A stretch of 64,000 nucleotides of DNA from Candidatus Omnitrophota bacterium. Lineage in GTDB: Bacteria; Omnitrophota; Gorgyraeia; 2-01-FULL-45-10. Below the pieces are notes generated by a model. It was not told the origin of the DNA and made no database searches. It saw only the letters and a program-made list of their open reading frames with translations. Location: NCBI GenBank assembly GCA_020057115.1, contig JAGVGJ010000001.1:12164-76163 (forward strand). The letters are read 5' to 3'. Positions 1-6,849 of the stretch are shown piece after piece (positions within the stretch are counted from its first letter, which is position 1; each line of letters opens with the position of its first letter). The position numbers and the translations under genes were made by a program.

Positions 1-1
1 A

Positions 2-70
2 GAAAAATTCTTCGACCAGTTCATGCAGCGCTTCAAGAAAGAACTCGATGTCAGATATGAAAAACGATAG
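2..70 (+). CDS. 3' end of an upstream gene entering the window (last ~22 codons); product unknown
   Basis: Open frame from the window edge to TAG at 68-70, overlapping the next start by 23 nt. No recognisable motif. Confidence 0.2.
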   Translation, partial: EKFFDQFMQRFKKELDVRYEKR

Positions 71-1568
71 ATTTTACAAGCGGCTTTTCGAGATCATTCC
101 CGGGTTGTTAACATGGGCAACCCTGATAGGGCTCCCCGTCCTTGCCGTAATAAAGCCGCTATGGGTAGCCATATTCGTAATAGTATTCGACCTCTACTGG
201 GCTGTAAGGGTCGGGTATCTCACGACCCTTATGCTATTTGCCTATAGAAAGCTTGAGAGGGAAAAGAAGATAGACTGGTTCTCGCGGTGCAGGACCATAG
301 GCACAGTGGGCGGGCTCGACTGGACCAATACATACCACGCGATATTGTTTCCGGCCTATAAAGAAGGGCATGATGTGATAGTCCCGTCTATAGAGGCGCT
401 TATCCATGCCAATTATCCAAAGGACAAAATGATCGTTATGATCAGCGTGGAGGAGAGGGCGGGAGAGAAGCCATGGGATGATGCCTGCGCCTTGAGGGAT
501 AAATACAAGAAAGAGTTCTTTGAATTTTTAGTGACCCGCCACCCCGACGGGATCAAAGGCGAGGTAAAGGCAAAAGGCGCCAATGCCACGTGGGGCGCCA
601 AGATATTGAAAGATTTCGTGGACCTGAAAGGCATAGATCATGAGCGCGTTATAATATCCTGTTTTGACGCGGACACATGCGCCGAGAAAGAATATTTCGG
701 CTGCCTCGCCTACCACTATATAACGAATCCGAGACGCACGCACTCAAGCTACCAGCCCATACCAGTATATAATAATAATATCTGGCATGCCCGCTCCATA
801 GCCCGCGTGCTGGAGATCGGGTCGACGTTCATGCAGATGATAGAGACGATGCGCTTAGAGAAGTTCGTGACATTTTCAAGTCATTCGATGAGCTTTAAGA
901 CGCTTGTCGACGTAGGATACTGGCCCCTCGACATGATATCAGACGATTCTGTCATATACTGGAAGTGCTTCCTGTATTTTAACGGCGACTATTCTGTCAT
1001 ACCGATGTATGTCACGGTCTCGATGGATGTCGCAACCTCGCCCAAGATCCTGCCGACGATAGTAAAACAATATAAACAGAAACGGCGTTGGGCGTGGGGG
1101 GTGGAGAATTTCCCGTATGTCATGATGGGCTTCATGGAGAATGACAGGATACCGCTCTTAAAGAAGGTCCGCCGCGCATTCAATATCCTGGAGAGCCATT
1201 ATACATGGGCGGTGTGGGCTATCATAATAACATTTATCGCGCCATTACCTATAATATTCGGGGGCGGCATATTCCGCCAAACGGCCATAGGGTACAATCT
1301 TCCGAGCATCGCCGCTGCGCTCTTCAGGATAACTATAATCACGCTCTTCATCTGCATGATCATAAGCATCAAGCTCCTGCCGCCGAGGCCGAAGGATGTC
1401 AAGCCTTCGAAGCGGCTCGTCATGACCACGCAGTGGCTCCTGGCGCCGTTCGTGGCCGCGACGATAGGGTCGATACCGGCCATCGACGCCCAGACGCGTC
1501 TCATGCTGGGCAAGTACATGCACTTCCAGGTCACAGAAAAATCCCGCCACGTACCGGTCCCCAAGTAG
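48..1568 (+). CDS. Membrane-bound processive family-2 glycosyltransferase (cellulose/chitin-synthase-like)
   Basis: 506-aa ORF with N-terminal TM helices, a DxD-like CFDADT motif, the Q(Q/R)xRW-type motif QKRRWAWG and C-terminal TM helices. Confidence 0.65.
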   Translation: MSDMKNDRFYKRLFEIIPGLLTWATLIGLPVLAVIKPLWVAIFVIVFDLYWAVRVGYLTTLMLFAYRKLEREKKIDWFSRCRTIGTVGGLDWTNTYHAILFPAYKEGHDVIVPSIEALIHANYPKDKMIVMISVEERAGEKPWDDACALRDKYKKEFFEFLVTRHPDGIKGEVKAKGANATWGAKILKDFVDLKGIDHERVIISCFDADTCAEKEYFGCLAYHYITNPRRTHSSYQPIPVYNNNIWHARSIARVLEIGSTFMQMIETMRLEKFVTFSSHSMSFKTLVDVGYWPLDMISDDSVIYWKCFLYFNGDYSVIPMYVTVSMDVATSPKILPTIVKQYKQKRRWAWGVENFPYVMMGFMENDRIPLLKKVRRAFNILESHYTWAVWAIIITFIAPLPIIFGGGIFRQTAIGYNLPSIAAALFRITIITLFICMIISIKLLPPRPKDVKPSKRLVMTTQWLLAPFVAATIGSIPAIDAQTRLMLGKYMHFQVTEKSRHVPVPK

Positions 1569-1595
1569 AGATTTTTTCGGGCGTTAAGTTACGCC

Positions 1596-1733
1596 CCTCT
1601 CGGGATGGGAAAGGTGTCTTTACGCGAACGTTCCATTCCCAGAGGGAATGTCACTCGGAAGGGCGCGATTTTCGTTGAAAAATAGCGCCCTTCGACGTCG
1701 CTCCAAGACACCTTTCCCATCCCTCGGGGGCCC
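1596..1733. repeat. Palindromic repeat element, copy A (~135 bp, + orientation)
   Basis: Outer arms cgggatgggaaaggtgtc...gacacctttcccatcccg with an internal GC hairpin (gggcgc...gcgccc) and a cttcgacgtcgctcc core. Near-identical copies at 45655-45794 and, inverted, at 1957-2081 and 56391-56515. Confidence 0.8.
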
Positions 1734-1745
1734 CTTTGAAGGCCG

Positions 1746-1956
1746 AAAAATCTCCTCAGCAAAGAGGCTTTCGAGATGAGGGACGTTTCTAAATCTGATC
1801 TTGGGACGTTTGTAAATCTAATCCTGCACCTGTCCCCGATCATTTTAGGGGACAGGTGTGATCTTAAATTTAGGGACACGTGCAGGATGGAATTTAGAAA
1901 CGTCCCTGAATTGCCTGCCAGTTTCCTTCTCTAGATTTTCGGCTCATGAGCGCCCT
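1746..1956. repeat. Central long imperfect palindrome between inverted copies A and B
   Basis: Perfect 16-bp arms agggacgtttctaaat/atttagaaacgtccct and inner 11-bp arms cacctgtcccc/ggggacaggtg, with further nested imperfect arms. Together with copies A and B it forms a ~500-bp foldback. Confidence 0.7.
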
Positions 1957-2081
1957 CGAGGGGCGGGGTGTCCTGGAGCGACGTCGAAGATCGCTAACTT
2001 ACAACGAAGTTAGCGATCTTCCGAGCGAACTTTCCTGCGGAAAGAGAGCGTTCGCGGAAGGACACCCCGTCCCGAGAGGGC
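1957..2081. repeat. Palindromic repeat element, copy B (inverted relative to A)
   Basis: gagcgacgtcgaag...cgagcgaactttcc...gacaccccgtcccgagaggg is the reverse orientation of the copy-A motif blocks; the internal hairpin sequence differs. Confidence 0.75.
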
Positions 2082-2118
2082 TCAAGAGCTGCCGAAAATA
2101 TTTATCATTAATTTTTTC

Positions 2119-2147
2119 TTGAATTGCGCGGGATCATATGGTAAACT
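2119..2147 (+). promoter_or_regulatory. Sigma70-like promoter (TTGAAT-17-TAAACT) giving a leaderless or near-leaderless transcript for the 2154 ORF
   Basis: -35 TTGAAT at 2119-2124, 17-nt spacer, -10 TAAACT at 2142-2147. The ATG at 2154 lies 7 nt after the -10 and has no Shine-Dalgarno. Confidence 0.3.
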
Positions 2148-2153
2148 TTTGCC

Positions 2154-2348
2154 ATGAGCAAGTATATAGGAATAGCAATAGGCGTCGCTCTTACTGTCCT
2201 GGGGCTTGTAGCTTTGGTGGGATGGTGGAGCGATTTTATTTCTATAATCAAAGGCTCGATACCCGCAATAATAATATTCGCCGGCATCATCGCTCTGATC
2301 GCCGGGATAAGTCAGCTGCAGGACGAACTGGTAGATAAAAAGAAGTAA
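2154..2348 (+). CDS. Small (64 aa) two-TM-helix membrane protein, hypothetical
   Basis: ORF with two strongly hydrophobic segments and a charged C-terminal tail (DELVDKKK). Promoter-like signal immediately upstream. Confidence 0.4.
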   Translation: MSKYIGIAIGVALTVLGLVALVGWWSDFISIIKGSIPAIIIFAGIIALIAGISQLQDELVDKKK

Positions 2349-2429
2349 AATTCCCGCGTTCTATCCCGTCGGTAAGCACTACTAATTGTGTTTTTCTCCG
2401 CCCAGACCACTACCCATAGTATTTTTTTC

Positions 2430-2457
2430 TTGACATTCCCGAAAGATAGGGTATACT
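2430..2457 (+). promoter_or_regulatory. Sigma70-like promoter for nrdJ (TTGACA-16-TATACT)
   Basis: -35 TTGACA at 2430-2435 and -10 TATACT at 2452-2457. Confidence 0.45.
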
Positions 2458-2486
2458 AACCACGGTATTATTTAAATGACTAGATC

Positions 2487-2524
2487 CTTCGAAAATGCAG
2501 GCGCTTTAAAACGCTTTTCGAAAG
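2487..2524 (+). promoter_or_regulatory. Nested palindrome/hairpin in the nrdJ 5' leader
   Basis: Arms ccttcgaaaa ... ttttcgaaagg enclose the inner palindrome GCGCTTTAAAACGC. Located between the promoter and the nrdJ start. Confidence 0.35.
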
Positions 2525-2559
2525 GGCGATATAGATAACGATACAGTAAACCGGGGGCA

Positions 2560-4875
2560 GTGATGGATAAGTCAGGAAGCATCAATTCTCGTTTGTCCGA
2601 TAACGCGAAAAAGGTTTTGGATAAGAGGTATTTAAAGAAGGATGATAATGGCGCATGCCTTGAGACGCCGGAAGACATGTTCCGCCGCGTGGCCAGGAAC
2701 ATAGCCACGGCAGACTCGCATTACAAAAAGTCGAAAGAAGAGATCTTAAGGACCGAGGAAGAGTTCTTCGACATGATGACGAACCTCGAGTTCCTGCCGA
2801 ACTCGCCGACCCTCATGAACGCCGGCCGCGACCTGCAGCAGCTCTCGGCGTGTTTCGTCCTGTCGATAGACGACTCGATGGAGTCGATATTCGAAACGAT
2901 AAAAGACACAGCTATCATACATAAATCAGGCGGCGGCACAGGATTCAGCTTTTCCCGCTTAAGAGGCAAGAACATGCCGGTCCGATCGACGGGCGGCATA
3001 TCTAGCGGCCCGGTCTCATTCATGAAGGTATTCAATGCCGCGACCCAGGCGGTGAAACAGGGCGGCACTCGCCGCGGCGCCAACATGGGCATCTTGAGGG
3101 TGGACCATCCGGATATCGTTGAATTCATCACATGCAAAGAGAATGACAAGGAGATCACGAACTTCAATATCTCCGTAGCCCTGACCGAAGATTTCATGAG
3201 AAGGGCGAAGAATGACGAAGAGTATGACCTCATCGATCCGCGCTCCAAGAAATCCGTAGGAAAGCTTAAGGCGCGAGAGGTCTTCGACCTTATCGTCAAG
3301 ATGGCCTGGAAGAACGGCGAGCCGGGGATCATATTCATCGACAGGATGAACAGGGGCAACCCGACGCCAAAGCTCGGTGAGATAGAATCTACCAACCCGT
3401 GCGGCGAGCAGCCTCTGTTGCCTTACGAGAGCTGCAACCTCGGATCCGTTAATGTAGCTAAGATGATCTCCGACGGCAATATCGACTGGCGTAAGTTCGG
3501 CGTGACGATAAGGAAGGCCGTCCACTTCCTTGACAATGTCATAGACATGAACTCTTATCCTTTAAAGAGGATAGAGGATACCACTAAAGGCAACCGCAAG
3601 ATAGGCTTAGGCATAATGGGCTTTGCCGACATGCTTTATATGCTCGGCATACAGTATAATTCGGACGATGCGATAAAGCTCGGCGAGAAGATCATGAAGT
3701 TCACCCTGGACGAGGCGAGAGCCGTTTCCGAGGAGCTTGCCGAGGAGCGAGGCGCTTTCCCGAATTTCAAGAACAGCGTATTCGCCGTAGCCCGCGCGAA
3801 GCCCTTGAGGAACGCGACGCTCACCACGATCGCGCCCACGGGGACATTATCGATCATAGCCAACTGTTCGAGCGGCATAGAGCCGGTATTCGCCATCTCC
3901 TATATAAGGAATATAATGGACAACACCAAGCTCGTAGAGGTCCATCCGTATTTCCAGGAAGTGGCCGAGAAGAACGGCTTCTATTCGGTCGAGCTCATGA
4001 ACCTGATAGCCCAGAAGGGGACCATAAAGGGTTTTGACGAGATACCGGGCGATATCCAGAAGATGTTCGTGACAGCCCACGATATCGAGGCTGTATGGCA
4101 TGTCAGGATGCAGGCGGCATTCCAGAGGCATACAAATAACGCCGTATCCAAGACCGTGAATCTCCCGTCGCATGCCACTACCGATGACGTAAAAGAGGTA
4201 TACATGCAGGCGTATGAGAGCGACTGCAAGGGCGTCACCATCTACAGGGATAATTCAAGGGAAGAACAGGTATTGAACATACCGGCGCACCAGGGCGCAG
4301 GCGATAAGAAGGCCCAGGCCAGGCATAAGATAATACCAAGGCCTAGACCGACCGTAACAATAGGCACGACCGCCAAGGTGTCCACAGGCTGCGGTAACCT
4401 CTATATAACGATAAACCAGGATGAGCAGGGGCTCCCTTTCGAGGTCTTCATGCATATGGGGAAGGCCGGCGGCTGCGCGATGAGCCAGCTTGAGGCTATA
4501 GGCAGGCTCGTATCCCTGGCATTCAGGAGCGGTATAGAGACCAATGCCATAATAGAACAGCTGCGCGGCATAAGATGTCCCTCCCCGAGCTGGGAGAAGG
4601 GCGGCAGAATATTCTCATGCAGCGATGCTATAGCAAGGGCCATAGAGAAGAGTATCCACAAGAAGACCAAGCCGCTGGCCGAATTAACGGAAAATACGGC
4701 TTCCCAGGCGCCGGCTGCGCCTTCCGCGGATTCCGATAGCGCTACCCAGGCCTCAAGATCCACAGATATTGAAGTCGAAAGCATAGTGGGCGTGTGTCCT
4801 GATTGCGGCGGCGCCTTATGGCATATAGAAGGCTGTATGGTCTGCAAGTCTTGCGGCTATTCGAAGTGCGGATAA
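2560..4875 (+). CDS. nrdJ: Class II (adenosylcobalamin-dependent) ribonucleotide reductase
   Basis: 771 aa with a typical NrdJ N-terminus and a C-terminal CxxC...CxxC zinc ribbon (CPDCGG...CKSCG). Confidence 0.9.
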   Translation: MMDKSGSINSRLSDNAKKVLDKRYLKKDDNGACLETPEDMFRRVARNIATADSHYKKSKEEILRTEEEFFDMMTNLEFLPNSPTLMNAGRDLQQLSACFVLSIDDSMESIFETIKDTAIIHKSGGGTGFSFSRLRGKNMPVRSTGGISSGPVSFMKVFNAATQAVKQGGTRRGANMGILRVDHPDIVEFITCKENDKEITNFNISVALTEDFMRRAKNDEEYDLIDPRSKKSVGKLKAREVFDLIVKMAWKNGEPGIIFIDRMNRGNPTPKLGEIESTNPCGEQPLLPYESCNLGSVNVAKMISDGNIDWRKFGVTIRKAVHFLDNVIDMNSYPLKRIEDTTKGNRKIGLGIMGFADMLYMLGIQYNSDDAIKLGEKIMKFTLDEARAVSEELAEERGAFPNFKNSVFAVARAKPLRNATLTTIAPTGTLSIIANCSSGIEPVFAISYIRNIMDNTKLVEVHPYFQEVAEKNGFYSVELMNLIAQKGTIKGFDEIPGDIQKMFVTAHDIEAVWHVRMQAAFQRHTNNAVSKTVNLPSHATTDDVKEVYMQAYESDCKGVTIYRDNSREEQVLNIPAHQGAGDKKAQARHKIIPRPRPTVTIGTTAKVSTGCGNLYITINQDEQGLPFEVFMHMGKAGGCAMSQLEAIGRLVSLAFRSGIETNAIIEQLRGIRCPSPSWEKGGRIFSCSDAIARAIEKSIHKKTKPLAELTENTASQAPAAPSADSDSATQASRSTDIEVESIVGVCPDCGGALWHIEGCMVCKSCGYSKCG

Positions 4876-4933
4876 AGTATTGCCAAAATAGGATTTTGTG
4901 GTAGAATTATAACAATAACACAAAGGAGGTTTT

Positions 4934-5608
4934 ATGGATCGTTTGATGGTTATTGTTGCGGATCCGGTAAGAGCGATGCTGATCAAAGTATGGGGCTATG
5001 TCCCTACTGTTGTTGCCGCCATATTGATCCTTGTCGTGGGCTGGTTCATAGCCAAGCTCGTAGAGACGATCGTCGCAAGAGTCCTTAAGATGATCCGTCT
5101 TGACATGGCAAGCGAGAAGGCCGGGATTTCCAATATGCTGGCTCAGGGCGACATAAAGGCTACTTTGTCAGAGTTGATCGGCGCGATCATATATTGGGTG
5201 GTCATATTGATAGTTATAGCCACCGCTATGAACGCCATGAACCTGACTATAGCAGCGGATATCCTCACCAGGCTAGTCGCATACGTACCTAACATACTTG
5301 GGGCGATATTCGTAATAGTTCTCGGATCATTGCTTGCTACATTCATTGCCTCTATAGTGCGCACCACCGCAGGCAATGCCGGAATAGATAATGCGAAGAC
5401 CCTCTCCGAAGTGACGAAGATCGTCATAGTGGTATTTGCCATTATAATGGCGATAGAGCAGCTCGGGATAGGGGTAGCGATAATCAATCTTGCTGTCAGC
5501 ATAGTCCTGGCATCCATAGGGCTTGCGATAGCGATAGCATTCGGCCTCGGCTGCAAGGATCTTGCGGGCAAGGCGATAGCCGATATGTTGGGCAAGATGA
5601 AGAGATAA
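4934..5608 (+). CDS. Polytopic membrane protein with repeated 'conserved TM helix' segments (MscS-associated type)
   Basis: 224 aa with several hydrophobic helices in a repeating pattern. A hairpin plus T-run terminator follows. Confidence 0.5.
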   Translation: MDRLMVIVADPVRAMLIKVWGYVPTVVAAILILVVGWFIAKLVETIVARVLKMIRLDMASEKAGISNMLAQGDIKATLSELIGAIIYWVVILIVIATAMNAMNLTIAADILTRLVAYVPNILGAIFVIVLGSLLATFIASIVRTTAGNAGIDNAKTLSEVTKIVIVVFAIIMAIEQLGIGVAIINLAVSIVLASIGLAIAIAFGLGCKDLAGKAIADMLGKMKR

Positions 5609-5630
5609 TAGATTTTATAGTATTGATAAT

Positions 5631-5665
5631 AAGGGGCGCTTCACTCGAAGCGCCCCTTATATTTT
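5631..5665 (+). terminator. Rho-independent terminator
   Basis: aaggggcgcttcactcgaagcgcccctt hairpin followed by atatttt. Confidence 0.7.
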
Positions 5666-5706
5666 GAGGTTAGCGTAAGGTATGAAAAAATTTAGTTTTT
5701 ACCCCC

Positions 5707-5734
5707 TTGTTTTTGTTCCGCTATCAGGTATAGT
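5707..5734 (+). promoter_or_regulatory. Candidate promoter (TTGTTT-16-TATAGT) for the riboswitch-containing transcript
   Basis: -35 at 5707-5712 and -10 at 5729-5734. Confidence 0.3.
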
Positions 5735-5762
5735 TATATTGTCGGAAGAAAAGCTCTTTATA

Positions 5763-5852
5763 AACTGATCAAAGGTAAACCCGGTGAAAGCCGGCGTCAC
5801 AAAACTATAGGGTCTAAATCTCTGGAGACAGGGACAAGACAGCCAGTTGCCG
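5763..5852 (+). promoter_or_regulatory. Candidate c-di-GMP-I (GEMM) riboswitch aptamer
   Basis: GGTAAAC then a ccggt-GAAA-gccgg hairpin (GNRA tetraloop), then CGTCACAAAAC, then GGGTCTAAAT (tetraloop-receptor-like), then GACAGCCAGTTGCC. This lines up with the GEMM-I consensus as recalled from memory, not from a run search: GGCAAACC-P1(GAAA)-GACGCAAAGCC...GGGUCUAA...AGCCnGnnGCC. Confidence 0.55.
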
Positions 5853-5885
5853 TTTAAGCTTACGTCAAAGCCTGGATTGAATATC

Positions 5886-5925
5886 GATCCCGATCTGCGT
5901 TCAAGACGTAGGTCGGGATTTTTTA
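5886..5925 (+). terminator. Intrinsic terminator; likely expression platform of the riboswitch
   Basis: 11-bp stem cccgatctgcg/cgtaggtcggg (two G-U pairs), loop ttcaaga, followed by attttttat. Confidence 0.6.
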
Positions 5926-5993
5926 TTGAGCAGATAATTTATGGAGCCCGAAGGGCGACGTAAAGTATAGGCCGAAGGCCGTCTGCGAAATAA

Positions 5994-6049
5994 TCCCGAA
6001 ATATACCGCTTAAAGGCACATAGTATGCAATACAAGATATATTTCGGGA
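5994..6049 (+). promoter_or_regulatory. 12-bp inverted repeat (TCCCGAAATATA ... TATATTTCGGGA, 32-bp spacer) upstream of the micro-ORF; candidate operator or leader hairpin
   Basis: Arms at 5994-6005 and 6038-6049. Ends about 20 nt before the ATG at 6071. Confidence 0.4.
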
Positions 6050-6070
6050 TATCACCATAAGGAGGGTTGT

Positions 6071-6172
6071 ATGGAATATAAATATGAACCAACGCAGCCG
6101 GAAGACGAAGGACAGTGCGATGAGTATTGTCCGTGCTGCGGTTATACGCAGTGCATATGCGGCAACGGATAG
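6071..6172 (+). CDS. Unannotated 33-aa Cys-rich micro-ORF (MEYKYEPTQPEDEGQCDEYCPCCGYTQCICGNG)
   Basis: Strong SD AAGGAGGG ending 4 nt before the ATG. Acidic N-terminal half and a C-terminal half with 6 Cys (CxxxCxCCxxxxCxC). Absent from the ORF track because it is under 60 aa. Confidence 0.45.
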   Translation: MEYKYEPTQPEDEGQCDEYCPCCGYTQCICGNG

Positions 6173-6199
6173 CATCATAAAATTTTCTTCGCCTTAGTT

Positions 6200-6400
6200 C
6201 GGCGCCCCACCCAATGGTAGGTCTGTCGCTTGACGTTCGTTCGGATTAGCCATCCTCACTCACTCCGGAAAAATTTTGATGGCCGGTCAACCCTGACTAT
6301 AAGCAAAACTATAGACAGGTTTGCCCGGCCTTTCTATATCGGCATAAAGTATCAAAATTTTTCAACGGCCGCTCCAGACCCACCATTGGGTTGGGCGCCG
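6200..6400. repeat. 26-bp terminal-inverted-repeat-bounded ~200-bp element with an internal 22-bp hairpin (MITE-like or structured RNA)
   Basis: cggcgccccacccaatggtaggtctg at 6200-6225 against cagacccaccattgggttgggcgccg at 6375-6400 (2 mismatches). Internal arms ggccggtcaaccctgactatag / ctatagacaggtttgcccggcc. Confidence 0.5.
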
Positions 6401-6579
6401 GCCTATGTCCTTATGGCAAGAACAAACCCCGAACCCAATTTAGCACATTGAAAATGTTAGGCCTTTTGGAAGTAGAAAAATGGTTATATTTAACAATTTT
6501 TTGATAATAAAAGGACCGAGGATGTTTGAGGCCTCCTCCGGAGGCCGAGTTCCGCAAGCCGCCGTAGTATTCACCAGGC

Positions 6580-6614
6580 GGCAGCCCCCGAAGGGGGCTG
6601 GTCCCCATTTTTCT
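6580..6614 (+). terminator. GC-rich hairpin plus T-run (terminator-like; possible 3' end of a small RNA)
   Basis: agcccccgaagggggct hairpin followed by ggtccccatttttc. A second hairpin, ggcctcctccggaggcc, lies just upstream. Confidence 0.35.
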
Positions 6615-6793
6615 ACTGAACAAAAGGCCGACCCTAGAGTTTAATTAGAGGGGGAACATTTTCAGTGATAAATTGGGTTCAGGGTTTGGGATATCTCGTA
6701 TAGAGTGCGGGATATCCCTACGTTCGCGTAAGATACCCCGCCTTTTTGGAACACAGGTATCTCGAGAGGCCCGCCTTAAGATGCGTGAAATTT

Positions 6794-6825
6794 TGGTTTC
6801 GAGCCGCATGCTTTTGTGTTAGAAT
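6794..6825 (+). promoter_or_regulatory. Candidate extended -10 promoter (TGtTAGAAT) for purH
   Basis: TG at 6817-6818 and TAGAAT at 6820-6825. RBS GGAGG and GTG start at 6850. Confidence 0.3.
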
Positions 6826-6849
6826 AGATGCCTAAATTGGAGGTAATTT

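Noticed and set aside
1589-1879. Short ORFs (also 52750-52938 and 56384-56593) sharing the peptide GKVSWSDVEGRYF
   Set aside because: They are translations of the palindromic DNA repeat in a fixed frame, not a protein family.
2349-2559. Possible cobalamin riboswitch upstream of nrdJ
   Set aside because: No B12-box (GCCACTG-like core) or the expected multi-stem architecture was visible by eye. Left as an unresolved palindrome.
6230-6451. 73-aa ORF inside the TIR-bounded element
   Set aside because: No RBS, no recognisable features, and it spans the inverted repeat. More likely non-coding.
6500-6620. Possible SRP RNA (ffs) or other known small RNA
   Set aside because: Only a weak resemblance (CAGG...GCAGCC) to the SRP helix-8 consensus. 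I cannot support it without a covariance-model search; it is kept only as a hairpin/T-run terminator-like feature.
6620-6849. Possible ZTP (pfl) or purine riboswitch upstream of purH
   Set aside because: The conserved 3' pseudoknot CCGCCUGGGCA-type element and the purine-riboswitch junction motifs are absent.
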